32,000 nucleotides of DNA from Aliivibrio fischeri ES114. GTDB taxonomy: Bacteria; Pseudomonadota; Gammaproteobacteria; Enterobacterales; Vibrionaceae. The notes below the pieces were generated by a model. That model ran no database searches, had not been told where the DNA came from, and saw nothing but the letters and a program-made list of their open reading frames with translations. The translations under genes were made by a program, and so were the position numbers. The stretch lies in the NCBI RefSeq assembly GCF_000011805.1, contig NC_006840.2, one strand, 5' to 3'. Below are positions 10,284 through 18,931 of this stretch, piece by piece. Position 1 is the stretch's first letter. Every line of letters begins with the position of its first letter.

Positions 10284-11054
10284 CTAACTTCTTAATCCAA
10301 TCCCCTTAGAAACCAAGTGCCAAGCAATACTATATAAAGCAATAATAAATACAGACAACACAGCAAATGCCGTACCGATCCCTACATCAGAGACACCTAA
10401 GAAACCGTAACGGAACGCATTTACCATATAAACTATCGGGTTTAACTTAGAAACCCCTTGCCAGAATTCAGGTAATAGACTTATCGAGTAAAAGACACCA
10501 CCTAAGTACGTTAATGGCGTTAATACAAACGTTGGAATAATACTAATATCATCGAATGTTCTAGCAAAAACAGCATTAATCAATCCACCCAATGAAAAGA
10601 CAATCGATGTCATTAATACCGTTAGCATGATCACACCAAGATGAGCAATTTGAATATCAACGAAAAATAGAGACACACAAGTAACTAACGCACCAACCAA
10701 CAAGCCTCGAACAACACCACCACCAACAAACCCAGCGATAATAATGTAGTTAGGTACAGGAGCAACAAGTAACTCTTCTATGTTCTTTTGAAACTTAGAA
10801 CTAAAGAAAGAAGAAGCTACGTTTGAATATGAGTTAGTAATAACTGACATCATAATCAAACCAGGAACAATATATTCCATATAACTAAAGCCACTCATTT
10901 CACCAATACGTGACCCGATTAAATTACCAAAAATAATAAAATAGAGCGTCATGGTTATTGCTGGTGGAACTAAGGTCTGAACCCAAATACGAACAAAACG
11001 GTTTATTTCTTTTGAGATAAGACTTTTAAATGCTGTCCAATATAAATTCATCAT
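10284..11054 (-). CDS. yadH: ABC-2 type transporter permease YadH
   Basis: 256 aa; multiple TM segments, EYIVPGLIMMSVITNSYSNVASSFFSSKFQKNIEELLVAPVPN; TAATG overlap with yadG. Confidence 0.92.
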   Translation of the reverse strand: MMNLYWTAFKSLISKEINRFVRIWVQTLVPPAITMTLYFIIFGNLIGSRIGEMSGFSYMEYIVPGLIMMSVITNSYSNVASSFFSSKFQKNIEELLVAPVPNYIIIAGFVGGGVVRGLLVGALVTCVSLFFVDIQIAHLGVIMLTVLMTSIVFSLGGLINAVFARTFDDISIIPTFVLTPLTYLGGVFYSISLLPEFWQGVSKLNPIVYMVNAFRYGFLGVSDVGIGTAFAVLSVFIIALYSIAWHLVSKGIGLRS

Positions 11055-11971
11055 TATTTTGCTTCTCCTGAACGAACAATACTGACAAACAATTCTTCTA
11101 ATCGATTTGCTTTATTCCTCATAGAAAGCACATTAATACCTTGATGATTTAATTGCTCAAAAAGGTAATTAAGCCCCTGAGATTTATCAATTTCAACTTC
11201 GATAGAGCCATTTTTACAACTGGTTACTTTTGCACCTTCTAAAACAGGAACTGGACTATTTTCAGCAAGATCCAAAATAAAGGTTTCAACTTGAAGTTTA
11301 TTCAATAGTGACTTCATTGAGGTATTCTCTATTACCTCACCTTTATTAATAATTCCAATATTTCGACAAAGCATTTCAGCTTCTTCAAGATAGTGCGTAG
11401 TTAATATGATCGTCACACCTTGCTCATTAATTTGCTTTAAAAATTCCCACATAGAACGACGAAGCTCAATATCAACACCAGCTGTCGGTTCATCAAGAAT
11501 TAATAATTTAGGTTCATGCATTAAAGCACGAGCGATCATCAAGCGGCGTTTCATACCTCCAGATAAGTTACGCGCACGATCATTTCTTTTTTCCCATAGA
11601 TCCAACTGAGTTAAATATTTTTGAGCTCTCTCTTTTGCTAATGAGCGGGAGACACCATAATAACCAGCTTGTTGCATTACAATTTGCAACACGGTTTCAA
11701 ATGGATTGAAATTAAACTCTTGTGGTACTAAACCTATTTGCTGCTTTGCCTGTACTAACTGGGTATCAATGTCATAGCCAAATACTTGTACTTTGCCCGA
11801 TGTTTTGTTTACCAAAGAGCTAATCACACCTATTGTCGTCGACTTTCCTGCCCCATTAGGACCAAGTAAGGCATAAAAATCTCCTTTTTCAACGGTTAAG
11901 CTCACTCCTTTTAGAGCTTCAAAACCACCTGAATAGGTTTTTCTTAATTGTTCAATTTCTAATGCGTACAT
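11054..11971 (-). CDS. yadG: ABC transporter ATP-binding protein YadG
   Basis: 305 aa; Walker A GPNGAGKST, signature LSGGMKRR, Walker B LLILDEPTAGVD. Confidence 0.93.
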   Translation of the reverse strand: MYALEIEQLRKTYSGGFEALKGVSLTVEKGDFYALLGPNGAGKSTTIGVISSLVNKTSGKVQVFGYDIDTQLVQAKQQIGLVPQEFNFNPFETVLQIVMQQAGYYGVSRSLAKERAQKYLTQLDLWEKRNDRARNLSGGMKRRLMIARALMHEPKLLILDEPTAGVDIELRRSMWEFLKQINEQGVTIILTTHYLEEAEMLCRNIGIINKGEVIENTSMKSLLNKLQVETFILDLAENSPVPVLEGAKVTSCKNGSIEVEIDKSQGLNYLFEQLNHQGINVLSMRNKANRLEELFVSIVRSGEAK

Positions 11972-12068
11972 TTGTTTACCTATTATCTGGAAGCAAATAT
12001 CTAATAATCAAACCAGATTATCGTTAAATTGCGATGAATGCAAATTGGTGTCGTTAATAGATAATAAA

Positions 12069-12097
12069 AAACCGCAGAGTAATTCACTCTACGGTTT
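12069..12097 (-). terminator. Rho-independent terminator for the SulP gene
   Basis: Minus strand reads AAACCGtAGAGT-gaatt-ACTCTgCGGTTTTTTATT. Confidence 0.85.
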
Positions 12098-12123
12098 GAT
12101 TTATTTCTATAATAATTAATCAC

Positions 12124-13779
12124 TTAATCTTCACTAGGTGAAACATATTTAATTGCAGACTTAAGTGCCTCATAACGAAATTTATACGTATTCTCACTCG
12201 GAATTAAATCCGTAACATGAAACTTATCTAATTGCTCTTTCGTCTGCTCATTTGGACAAAGTAAATATACTTTACAGTTTGCATCTAGTGCATCGTTAAT
12301 CGCATTCTCTAACGCTAAACCAACGGTCACATCAATCATGGGAACATCGGTTAAATCAAGTATCATCACTTCATAATCAGAAATACTGCTATGCTGCCTT
12401 GATATTGCTTTAGATACACTGAATATCATTGGGCCTGATAAATAAAAGAAAAGCACCTTACCATTAGCTTTATCTAGTAGAGCTCTTTCACTGTCAGTTA
12501 AAGGAACATCATCTTCATCAGCATCACTGATCGCTTTTACTTGCCTTGCCTGTTCTCGGCTTAAACGCTCAATAATAATAATGTTAGAAATAAAAACACC
12601 AAGACCAACAGCGACAATTAAATCCACAAAAACAGTCAGCAACATCACACCATACATAATAGCCATGCCAGCAAAACTGACTTTATGTGCGCGTTGAATA
12701 AAACTCCAATCCAAGATATTAAAGCCGACATACACTGCAATTCCTGCTAGTACCGCCATCGGAATAGGTTCTGTCAATCCACCTGCAACCAATACGACTA
12801 AAGCAAGTACTGCCGCCCTAAACACACCAGATAACGGTGAGCGAGCGCCAACTTGAATATTGGTTACCGTTCCCATAGTGGCACCTGCACCAGGTAAAGC
12901 ACCAAATAAACCAGAGATCATATTTGCTAAACCTTGACCTCGTAGCTCTTTATCTGAATCGTGCTCCTTACGTGTTAAGGAGTCACCAATCACGGCAGTC
13001 AATAAGGTATCTATACAACCTAATGTACCAAGAACCAAAGCGTCAATAACCATAGTGGTGAACATTTCAAAATTAATGGTTGGAATAACAAGCGAAGGTA
13101 GACCAGCAGGTATCTCACCAATTCGGCGAATAGATTCCATATCAAAAAAAAGAACAGAGAGCAGAGTCACCGCAACAAGGGCCACTAATTGAGCTGGCAC
13201 GTATTTTCGATATTTATCAGGAAATAAAAATAACACCCCAAGAGTTAACCCGCCAAGGAACAACTCTTTAATATCTAAATTAGACAAAGTATCAGGTAAA
13301 GCAGATAAGGTTCCAATGACGCCTCCCGGTGGAGCCGCATGACCTAATAAAGGAGAGAGTTGAAGAATAATAAGAATGACACCAATACCAGACATAAAAC
13401 CTGAAATTACACTATAAGGCATTAATGTTATGTATTTACCAAGCTTTAATGTACCGAGTAAAATTTGGAACGCACCGGCCATCATTACAACAGTAAACGT
13501 CATTGCCATACCCGTTTCAGGATATTTCGCTACCATGCTAGTTAAAACAGCAGTCATGATAACGGTCATGGGACCTGTTGGCTCAGAGATTAACGTTGAA
13601 GAGCCTCCAAATAATGAAGCAAAAAGCCCCACCATTATCGCCCCCCAAAGACCGGCCTCAGCTCCAGCACCAGATGCCACACCAAACGCCAGTGCGAGAG
13701 GAAGCGATATTATGGCCGTGGTAACCCCACCAAAGAGGTCCCCTTTTAAATTAATATTGTCAAACCGTTGACCAAACAC
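12124..13779 (-). CDS. SulP family anion transporter with C-terminal STAS domain
   Basis: Sulfate-transporter-type N-terminal domain (GGVTTAIISLPLALAFGVASGAGAEAGLWGAIMVG) and C-terminal STAS-like region (VMILDLTDVPMIDVTVGLALENAI). The listed start (GTG 13803) precedes an AAGGAG; the GTG at 13779 (VFGQRF...) follows it with a 5-nt spacer and is the better start. Confidence 0.88.
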   Translation of the reverse strand: MFGQRFDNINLKGDLFGGVTTAIISLPLALAFGVASGAGAEAGLWGAIMVGLFASLFGGSSTLISEPTGPMTVIMTAVLTSMVAKYPETGMAMTFTVVMMAGAFQILLGTLKLGKYITLMPYSVISGFMSGIGVILIILQLSPLLGHAAPPGGVIGTLSALPDTLSNLDIKELFLGGLTLGVLFLFPDKYRKYVPAQLVALVAVTLLSVLFFDMESIRRIGEIPAGLPSLVIPTINFEMFTTMVIDALVLGTLGCIDTLLTAVIGDSLTRKEHDSDKELRGQGLANMISGLFGALPGAGATMGTVTNIQVGARSPLSGVFRAAVLALVVLVAGGLTEPIPMAVLAGIAVYVGFNILDWSFIQRAHKVSFAGMAIMYGVMLLTVFVDLIVAVGLGVFISNIIIIERLSREQARQVKAISDADEDDVPLTDSERALLDKANGKVLFFYLSGPMIFSVSKAISRQHSSISDYEVMILDLTDVPMIDVTVGLALENAINDALDANCKVYLLCPNEQTKEQLDKFHVTDLIPSENTYKFRYEALKSAIKYVSPSED

Positions 13780-14071
13780 CGTTAGCTCCTTGTTTATAAA
13801 CACGTTAACCTCATTAATTTAACAAATGTTATTCATCTCTCATAATAGTTAATTAGAACTAATCACTACTACTTATGTTCTAACTATAAATAAAGACTAA
13901 AAAGCCATTTTTAAAAGCATGAACTCGTCAGATGAGTACTTTTAAAAGCATTTTTTAGCAGATTGAAATTGTAACATTGTGTATAGTAAATAAACCTGTT
14001 GAGGTTTTTAACAGAAAGAAGTTTAGGTAATACCCTTCCTTCTTATGTATTTAAGGGATGAAAAATTTAAA

Positions 14072-14728
14072 ATGCCAGAAATTAAAGAACTTTTTGAGAA
14101 TAATTCTAAATGGGCTAAATCAATAAAAGCAGAACGCCCTGAATATTTTGCAAAATTAGAAGAAGGTCAACACCCAGGTTTTTTATGGATAGGTTGCTCA
14201 GATAGTCGAGTACCAGCAGAACGCCTAACTGGGTTATATTCCGGCGAACTATTTGTGCATCGAAATGTAGCAAACCAAGTTATTCATACAGATTTAAACT
14301 GCTTATCCGTTCTTCAATATGCTGTCGATGTTTTGAAAATCAGACACATTATTGTTTGTGGCCATTATGGCTGTGGTGGTGTAAATGCAGCTATCGATAA
14401 TCCTCCTTTAGGCTTAATCAATAACTGGCTACTGCACATTAGAGATTTATTCCTAAAACACAGAACTGTATTTGGTAAATTACCTCGTGAAGAATGGGGT
14501 GATAAATTATGTGAAATTAACGTCGCAGAGCAAGTATATAACGTAGGTAACTCAACCATTATGCAAAACGCATGGGAACGTGGACAAGACGTTCAAATTC
14601 ATGGTGTTGTGTATGGCATGGGGGATGGCGTTTTAAATGATCTTGGCGTAAAAGGTCATAGTCGTGAATCATTAGAAATATCATATCAAGCAGCAATGTC
14701 TAATATTACTAATGTTGGTGATGAATGA
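14072..14728 (+). CDS. can: Beta-class carbonic anhydrase
   Basis: [44 protein letters not shown]. Start taken as ATG 14072 ([14 protein letters not shown]), which matches family N-termini better than the 14045 ATG. Confidence 0.93.
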   Translation: MPEIKELFENNSKWAKSIKAERPEYFAKLEEGQHPGFLWIGCSDSRVPAERLTGLYSGELFVHRNVANQVIHTDLNCLSVLQYAVDVLKIRHIIVCGHYGCGGVNAAIDNPPLGLINNWLLHIRDLFLKHRTVFGKLPREEWGDKLCEINVAEQVYNVGNSTIMQNAWERGQDVQIHGVVYGMGDGVLNDLGVKGHSRESLEISYQAAMSNITNVGDE

Positions 14729-14760
14729 TAAAAGGGAAATAATATCGTTCCCTTTTATCA
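14726..14760. terminator. Stem-loop/terminator starting at the can stop codon
   Basis: TGATAAAAGGGAA-(9 nt)-TTCCCTTTTATCA, perfect 13-bp inverted repeat. Confidence 0.7.
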
Positions 14761-14848
14761 TAATAAATATATACACTGCATTATAACAAACACAGATAAT
14801 ATAAGTTGCCAGAGAAAGCATTCACCATTTACTTTCTCTGGCTATTTA

Positions 14849-15100
14849 TTACGTCGCTATTCTCAAGCGTATGAGTCGACGAAGATGACGTACTTTGCGC
14901 TCGGCTTTAAATACAGGCTGTTCAAGATCGCTGATAGTTCGACCATCAAGATGCAAACCTATATCTTTTAGTAAATATTCATTTCCCCATGGAATTTCAT
15001 ATTGCACTTTACGTACGGCACGTTTCCACTCTCGCTCTTCACGAGCTAAATCAGCTTTAATAAATAAAGTCGCTAAACGTAGGTATATTGAATGACGCAT
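14849..15100 (-). CDS. Small DUF1127-like protein
   Basis: 83 aa, Arg-rich with a YLLKDIGLHLDGRT-like segment resembling the DUF1127 core (L.DIGL.R). GGAG is present upstream (TTTGGAGAAATATTATG). Confidence 0.6.
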   Translation of the reverse strand: MRHSIYLRLATLFIKADLAREEREWKRAVRKVQYEIPWGNEYLLKDIGLHLDGRTISDLEQPVFKAERKVRHLRRLIRLRIAT

Positions 15101-15214
15101 AATATTTCTCCAAATATTGATATGTGAGAGATATTGCGACTAATGCTAGAGGAATATACAAAAGAACCCTTCAGATAGCCGCAATATTCGCAGCCATAGA
15201 AGGTTACGAATTAA

Positions 15215-15292
15215 TTAATCGTTTCGAACGCTTGCAAATACAGGCGAGGTATTGGTGGTACAACATTGTTTGTACATATGAATAACCATCAT
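15215..15292 (-). CDS. Possible 25-codon leader ORF (MMVIHMYKQCCTTNTSPVFASVRND)
   Basis: Minus strand AGGAGGTCAACATGATG...TAA; perfect anti-SD complement at 15297-15303. No homology check possible. Confidence 0.3.
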   Translation of the reverse strand: MMVIHMYKQCCTTNTSPVFASVRND

Positions 15293-15528
15293 GTTGACCT
15301 CCTAAAACGTAAAATTAATTCTTTAAATAGATAAGATGTAAATTTTATTTACGGTTAAATTGTAACCGCCAACGATTATTTATCAACCACAATTTTGAAA
15401 CATTTCAAAAACAAAATAAACACATTGAAATACTTTATTTGCTTAAGGTTCATTCTAATATTGGAATAAAAAAATGTTTCTAACCGAAGTTTTCGCTATA
15501 TGAAATAGCTAACAGTTATATCAATAAA

Positions 15529-15560
15529 AAAGCCAAAGAACATAAAGGATCTTTGGCTTT
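15529..15560 (-). terminator. Rho-independent terminator downstream of hpt
   Basis: AAAGCCAAAGA-(10 nt)-TCTTTGGCTTT; minus strand continues TTTTTTATTG. Confidence 0.85.
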
Positions 15561-15631
15561 ATTCTTCTACTTAATAGCATGATTAAGCGTTAAGATTAGA
15601 GAACGGTTATGCGTGAACACCCGTTCTCAAA

Positions 15632-16162
15632 TTATTCTTGCGGTACAACTTTTCCGATATACGATAAGTTACGGTACTTCTGAGCATAATCAATACCCAC
15701 ACCAACAACAAATTCGTCAGGAATTGAAAAACCAATCCAATCCACATTTACTTCAACTTCACGACGAGAAGGTTTATCAAGTAATGTACAAATCGTAATT
15801 GAGTTTGGTTCACGAATAGATAAAATCTCGCAAACTTTACTTAGCGTATTACCAGTATCAATAATATCTTCTACTAGAAGAACATCCTTACCTTTGATGT
15901 CATCATCTAAATCTTTTAAGATTCGTACATCACGAGTACTTTCCATACTGTTGCCGTAACTTGATGCTGTCATAAAGTCTACAGTCATTGGCACATCAAT
16001 AGCTCGCGCTAAATCAGCCATGAATACGAATGAACCTCGTAATAAGCCAACCATTACTAATCCTTCAGAATCTTTATAGTGTTCTGAAATTTGTTGACCT
16101 AGTTCTTTTACACGTTGGTTGACCTCTTGCTCAGAGATCATTACCTCTACTGTATGTTTCAT
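15632..16162 (-). CDS. hpt: Hypoxanthine phosphoribosyltransferase
   Basis: 176 aa; [38 protein letters not shown] motif. Confidence 0.95.
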   Translation of the reverse strand: MKHTVEVMISEQEVNQRVKELGQQISEHYKDSEGLVMVGLLRGSFVFMADLARAIDVPMTVDFMTASSYGNSMESTRDVRILKDLDDDIKGKDVLLVEDIIDTGNTLSKVCEILSIREPNSITICTLLDKPSRREVEVNVDWIGFSIPDEFVVGVGIDYAQKYRNLSYIGKVVPQE

Positions 16163-16470
16163 ACTATCTCACTTATTCGTTGAACCTACTAAGAGTAGGA
16201 TTAGACCTGCACAGTTTACAGCAAAATAGAAAATGAAACGTGAGTAATTATAAAAGTTTTTCTGAACTGAGATTAAGGAAGAGCTGTTAACGGATTTATA
16301 GTGACATAAAAAGATCATCAACACTTGGCAATAACTACATTCAAAATGTAAACTTCACTTTCTATTTATTGCGTAAATATATGCAATACTGAAAAAAATT
16401 CTTTAAGTTCGTCATAAATTTCATTGATCAGCTGAATAACTGTTGAATATATAAGCAGCCTTATGTAAAG

Positions 16471-16492
16471 TTATTGAGAATAATAATAATAA
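16471..16492. promoter_or_regulatory. Candidate LuxR/HapR/LitR-family operator upstream of litR
   Basis: TTATTGAGAATAATAATAATAA, about 16/22 matches by hand to the Vibrio LuxR-type consensus TTATTGATAAATTTATCAATAA. AT-rich context lowers specificity. Confidence 0.35.
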
Positions 16493-16512
16493 AACCCTAT
16501 ATAAAATAATAA

Positions 16513-16525
16513 TTTGTTGGCAAGG
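16513..16525 (+). promoter_or_regulatory. Candidate Qrr sRNA pairing site overlapping the litR ribosome binding region
   Basis: TTTGTTGGCAAGG: GUUGGC is complementary to the conserved GCCAAC of vibrio Qrr sRNAs and abuts the only purine-rich SD-like segment before ATG 16537. Confidence 0.5.
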
Positions 16526-16536
16526 ATATAAATATA

Positions 16537-17142
16537 ATGGATACAATCCAAAAAAGGCCTAGAACAAGGCTATCTCCAGAAAAGCGCAAAGAACAATTAC
16601 TTGATATCGCAATTGAAGTGTTTTCACAACGTGGCATTGGTCGCGGTGGTCATGCTGATATTGCAGAAATCGCTCAGGTCTCTGTCGCTACCGTGTTTAA
16701 TTACTTCCCAACAAGAGAAGATCTTGTTGATGATGTATTAAATAAAGTCGAAAACGAATTTCACCAATTCATCAATAACTCAATTTCTCTTGATCTTGAT
16801 GTTCGTTCTAACCTTAATACTCTTCTTCTGAATATCATTGACAGTGTTCAAACTGGTAATAAGTGGATCAAAGTATGGTTTGAATGGAGTACCTCTACTC
16901 GTGATGAAGTATGGCCTCTTTTCTTAAGTACTCACTCAAATACAAATCAAGTTATCAAAACTATGTTTGAAGAAGGTATTGAACGTAACGAAGTATGTAA
17001 CGATCATACCCCTGAAAACCTAACAAAAATGCTTCATGGTATTTGTTACTCTGTTTTCATTCAGGCTAACCGTAATAGTTCATCTGAAGAAATGGAAGAA
17101 ACGGCAAATTGTTTCTTAAATATGTTGTGTATTTATAAATAA
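16537..17142 (+). CDS. litR: TetR-family quorum-sensing master regulator LitR (LuxR/HapR/SmcR family)
   Basis: 201 aa; RTRLSPEKRKEQLLDIAIEVFSQRGIGRGGHADIAEIAQVSVATVFNYFPTREDLVDDVL, characteristic of HapR/LuxR/LitR; vibrio position between hpt and lpd. Confidence 0.95.
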   Translation: MDTIQKRPRTRLSPEKRKEQLLDIAIEVFSQRGIGRGGHADIAEIAQVSVATVFNYFPTREDLVDDVLNKVENEFHQFINNSISLDLDVRSNLNTLLLNIIDSVQTGNKWIKVWFEWSTSTRDEVWPLFLSTHSNTNQVIKTMFEEGIERNEVCNDHTPENLTKMLHGICYSVFIQANRNSSSEEMEETANCFLNMLCIYK

Positions 17143-17169
17143 TTTCAGGATTCATGAAATGATAATAAT

Positions 17170-17199
17170 AAAAAACCGCTGATTTCTCAGCGGTTTTTT
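17170..17199. terminator. Bidirectional terminator between convergent litR and lpdA
   Basis: AAAAAACCGCTGA-tttc-TCAGCGGTTTTTT, perfect 13-bp stem. Confidence 0.93.
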
Positions 17200-17229
17200 A
17201 TATCTTAACAAATGCGTTGTTAATCAGAA

Positions 17230-18657
17230 TTATTTTTTCTTTTTAACTGCTTTTTTGTTTGGAAGGTCAGTGATTGAACCTTCAAATACTTCCGCAGCTA
17301 GACCCACAGACTCATGTAGAGTTGGGTGAGCGTGGATAGTAAGAGCGATATCTTCTGCGTCACAACCCATTTCGATTGCTAGGCCGATTTCACCAAGTAG
17401 CTCACCACCGTTAGTACCAACGATAGCACCACCAATTACACGGTGAGTTTCTTTATCAAAGATAAGCTTAGTCATACCATCAGCACAATCAGATGCGATT
17501 GCACGACCTGATGCAGCCCATGGGAAAGTTGCAACTTCAAAGTTTAGACCTTCTTCTTTTGCTTCTTTCTCAGTTTTACCAACCCAAGCAACTTCTGGCT
17601 CAGTGTAAGCAATTGAAGGAATTACTTTAGGATCGAAGTAGTGCTTCTTACCAGAAATAACTTCAGCCGCTACGTGACCTTCATGCACACCTTTGTGAGC
17701 AAGCATTGGTTGACCAACAACATCACCGATCGCATGAATGTGAGCAACGTTAGTACGCATTTGCTTATCAACATTGATGAAACCACGCTCATCAACTTCG
17801 ATACCTGCTTTTTCAGCATCGATAAGTTTACCGTTTGGTACACGACCGATAGCAACAAGAACTGCATCGTAACGCTCAGCTTCAGCTGGTGCTTTTTTGC
17901 CTTCCATTGAAACATAGATACCGTCTTCTTTTGCTTCAACTGCTGTTACTTTTGTCTCAAGCATTAGCTTGAATTTGTCTTTAATGCGTTTTGTGTATAC
18001 TTTAACGATGTCTTTATCAGCTGCTGGGATAACTTGATCAAACATCTCAACCACTTCAACTTTAGAACCTAAAGAGTGGTAAACCGTACCCATTTCAAGA
18101 CCGATGATACCACCGCCCATGATCAATAATTTTTCTGGTACTTCTTTTAATTCTAGCGCATCAGTTGAATCCCAAATACGTGGGTCTTCATGCGGAATGA
18201 ACGGAAGTTTAATCGGACGAGAACCAGCTGCAATGATAGCGTTATCAAAAGTAACTGTTGTGTTTTCTTCGCCTTCAACTTCGATTGTGTTAGGGCCTGT
18301 AAATTTACCGTAGCCATTTACTACAGTAACGTTACGCATCTTAGCCATACCACCAAGACCGCCGGTCAGTTGAGTTACAACTTTATCTTTCCAGATACGG
18401 ATCTTGTTAATATCAGTTTGTGGTTCACCAAAAACAACACCGTGTTCAGCCATTGCTTTTGCTTCTTCGATTACTTTAGATACGTGAAGAAGAGCTTTCG
18501 ATGGAATACAACCCACGTTTAGACATACACCACCAAGAGTGCTGTAACGCTCGATTAATACTGTTTCTAGACCTAAATCTGCGCAACGGAAAGCAGCAGA
18601 GTAACCAGCAGGACCTGAACCAAGTACAACTACTTGGGCTTTAACTTGTTTGCTCAT
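17230..18657 (-). CDS. lpdA: Dihydrolipoyl dehydrogenase (E3)
   Basis: 475 aa; VLGSGPAGYSAAFRCADLGLETVLIER, redox motif GGVCLNVGCIPSKALLH, HAHPTLHESVGLAAE. Confidence 0.97.
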   Translation of the reverse strand: MSKQVKAQVVVLGSGPAGYSAAFRCADLGLETVLIERYSTLGGVCLNVGCIPSKALLHVSKVIEEAKAMAEHGVVFGEPQTDINKIRIWKDKVVTQLTGGLGGMAKMRNVTVVNGYGKFTGPNTIEVEGEENTTVTFDNAIIAAGSRPIKLPFIPHEDPRIWDSTDALELKEVPEKLLIMGGGIIGLEMGTVYHSLGSKVEVVEMFDQVIPAADKDIVKVYTKRIKDKFKLMLETKVTAVEAKEDGIYVSMEGKKAPAEAERYDAVLVAIGRVPNGKLIDAEKAGIEVDERGFINVDKQMRTNVAHIHAIGDVVGQPMLAHKGVHEGHVAAEVISGKKHYFDPKVIPSIAYTEPEVAWVGKTEKEAKEEGLNFEVATFPWAASGRAIASDCADGMTKLIFDKETHRVIGGAIVGTNGGELLGEIGLAIEMGCDAEDIALTIHAHPTLHESVGLAAEVFEGSITDLPNKKAVKKKK

Positions 18658-18931
18658 TTTGACCTCGTTATAGTCATTTCCCTAACAGGCTGACAGATGT
18701 TCTATTATTGTTTTCAAACCGCATTCATTTTACATATATGTTAACAGTGTGAAAGCAAGTTGGGGTTAGCCTGTGAGCTAGACAACAATTCACATTCAGC
18801 ATGCTCCTTTGGGAGCATTAAAAAAACTGCAAATTGCTTTAAAAAATATAATGTAAGGAATAAATCCTTAAGCTTATTAAGCAATAAGGTGACCTATTAG
18901 CCACCTTATTGTTTGTTTCAATAACCGCTAA

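Noticed and set aside
17641-18522. Several ORFs (17641, 17670, 18104, 18190) overlapping lpdA
   Set aside because: All nested in strongly supported lpdA; codon-structure shadows.
18801-18826. ATGCTCC-tttg-GGAGCAT-TAAAAAA as a rho-independent terminator
   Set aside because: The A-run follows on the plus strand, and the minus strand has the T-run before rather than after the hairpin, so neither strand has correct terminator geometry.
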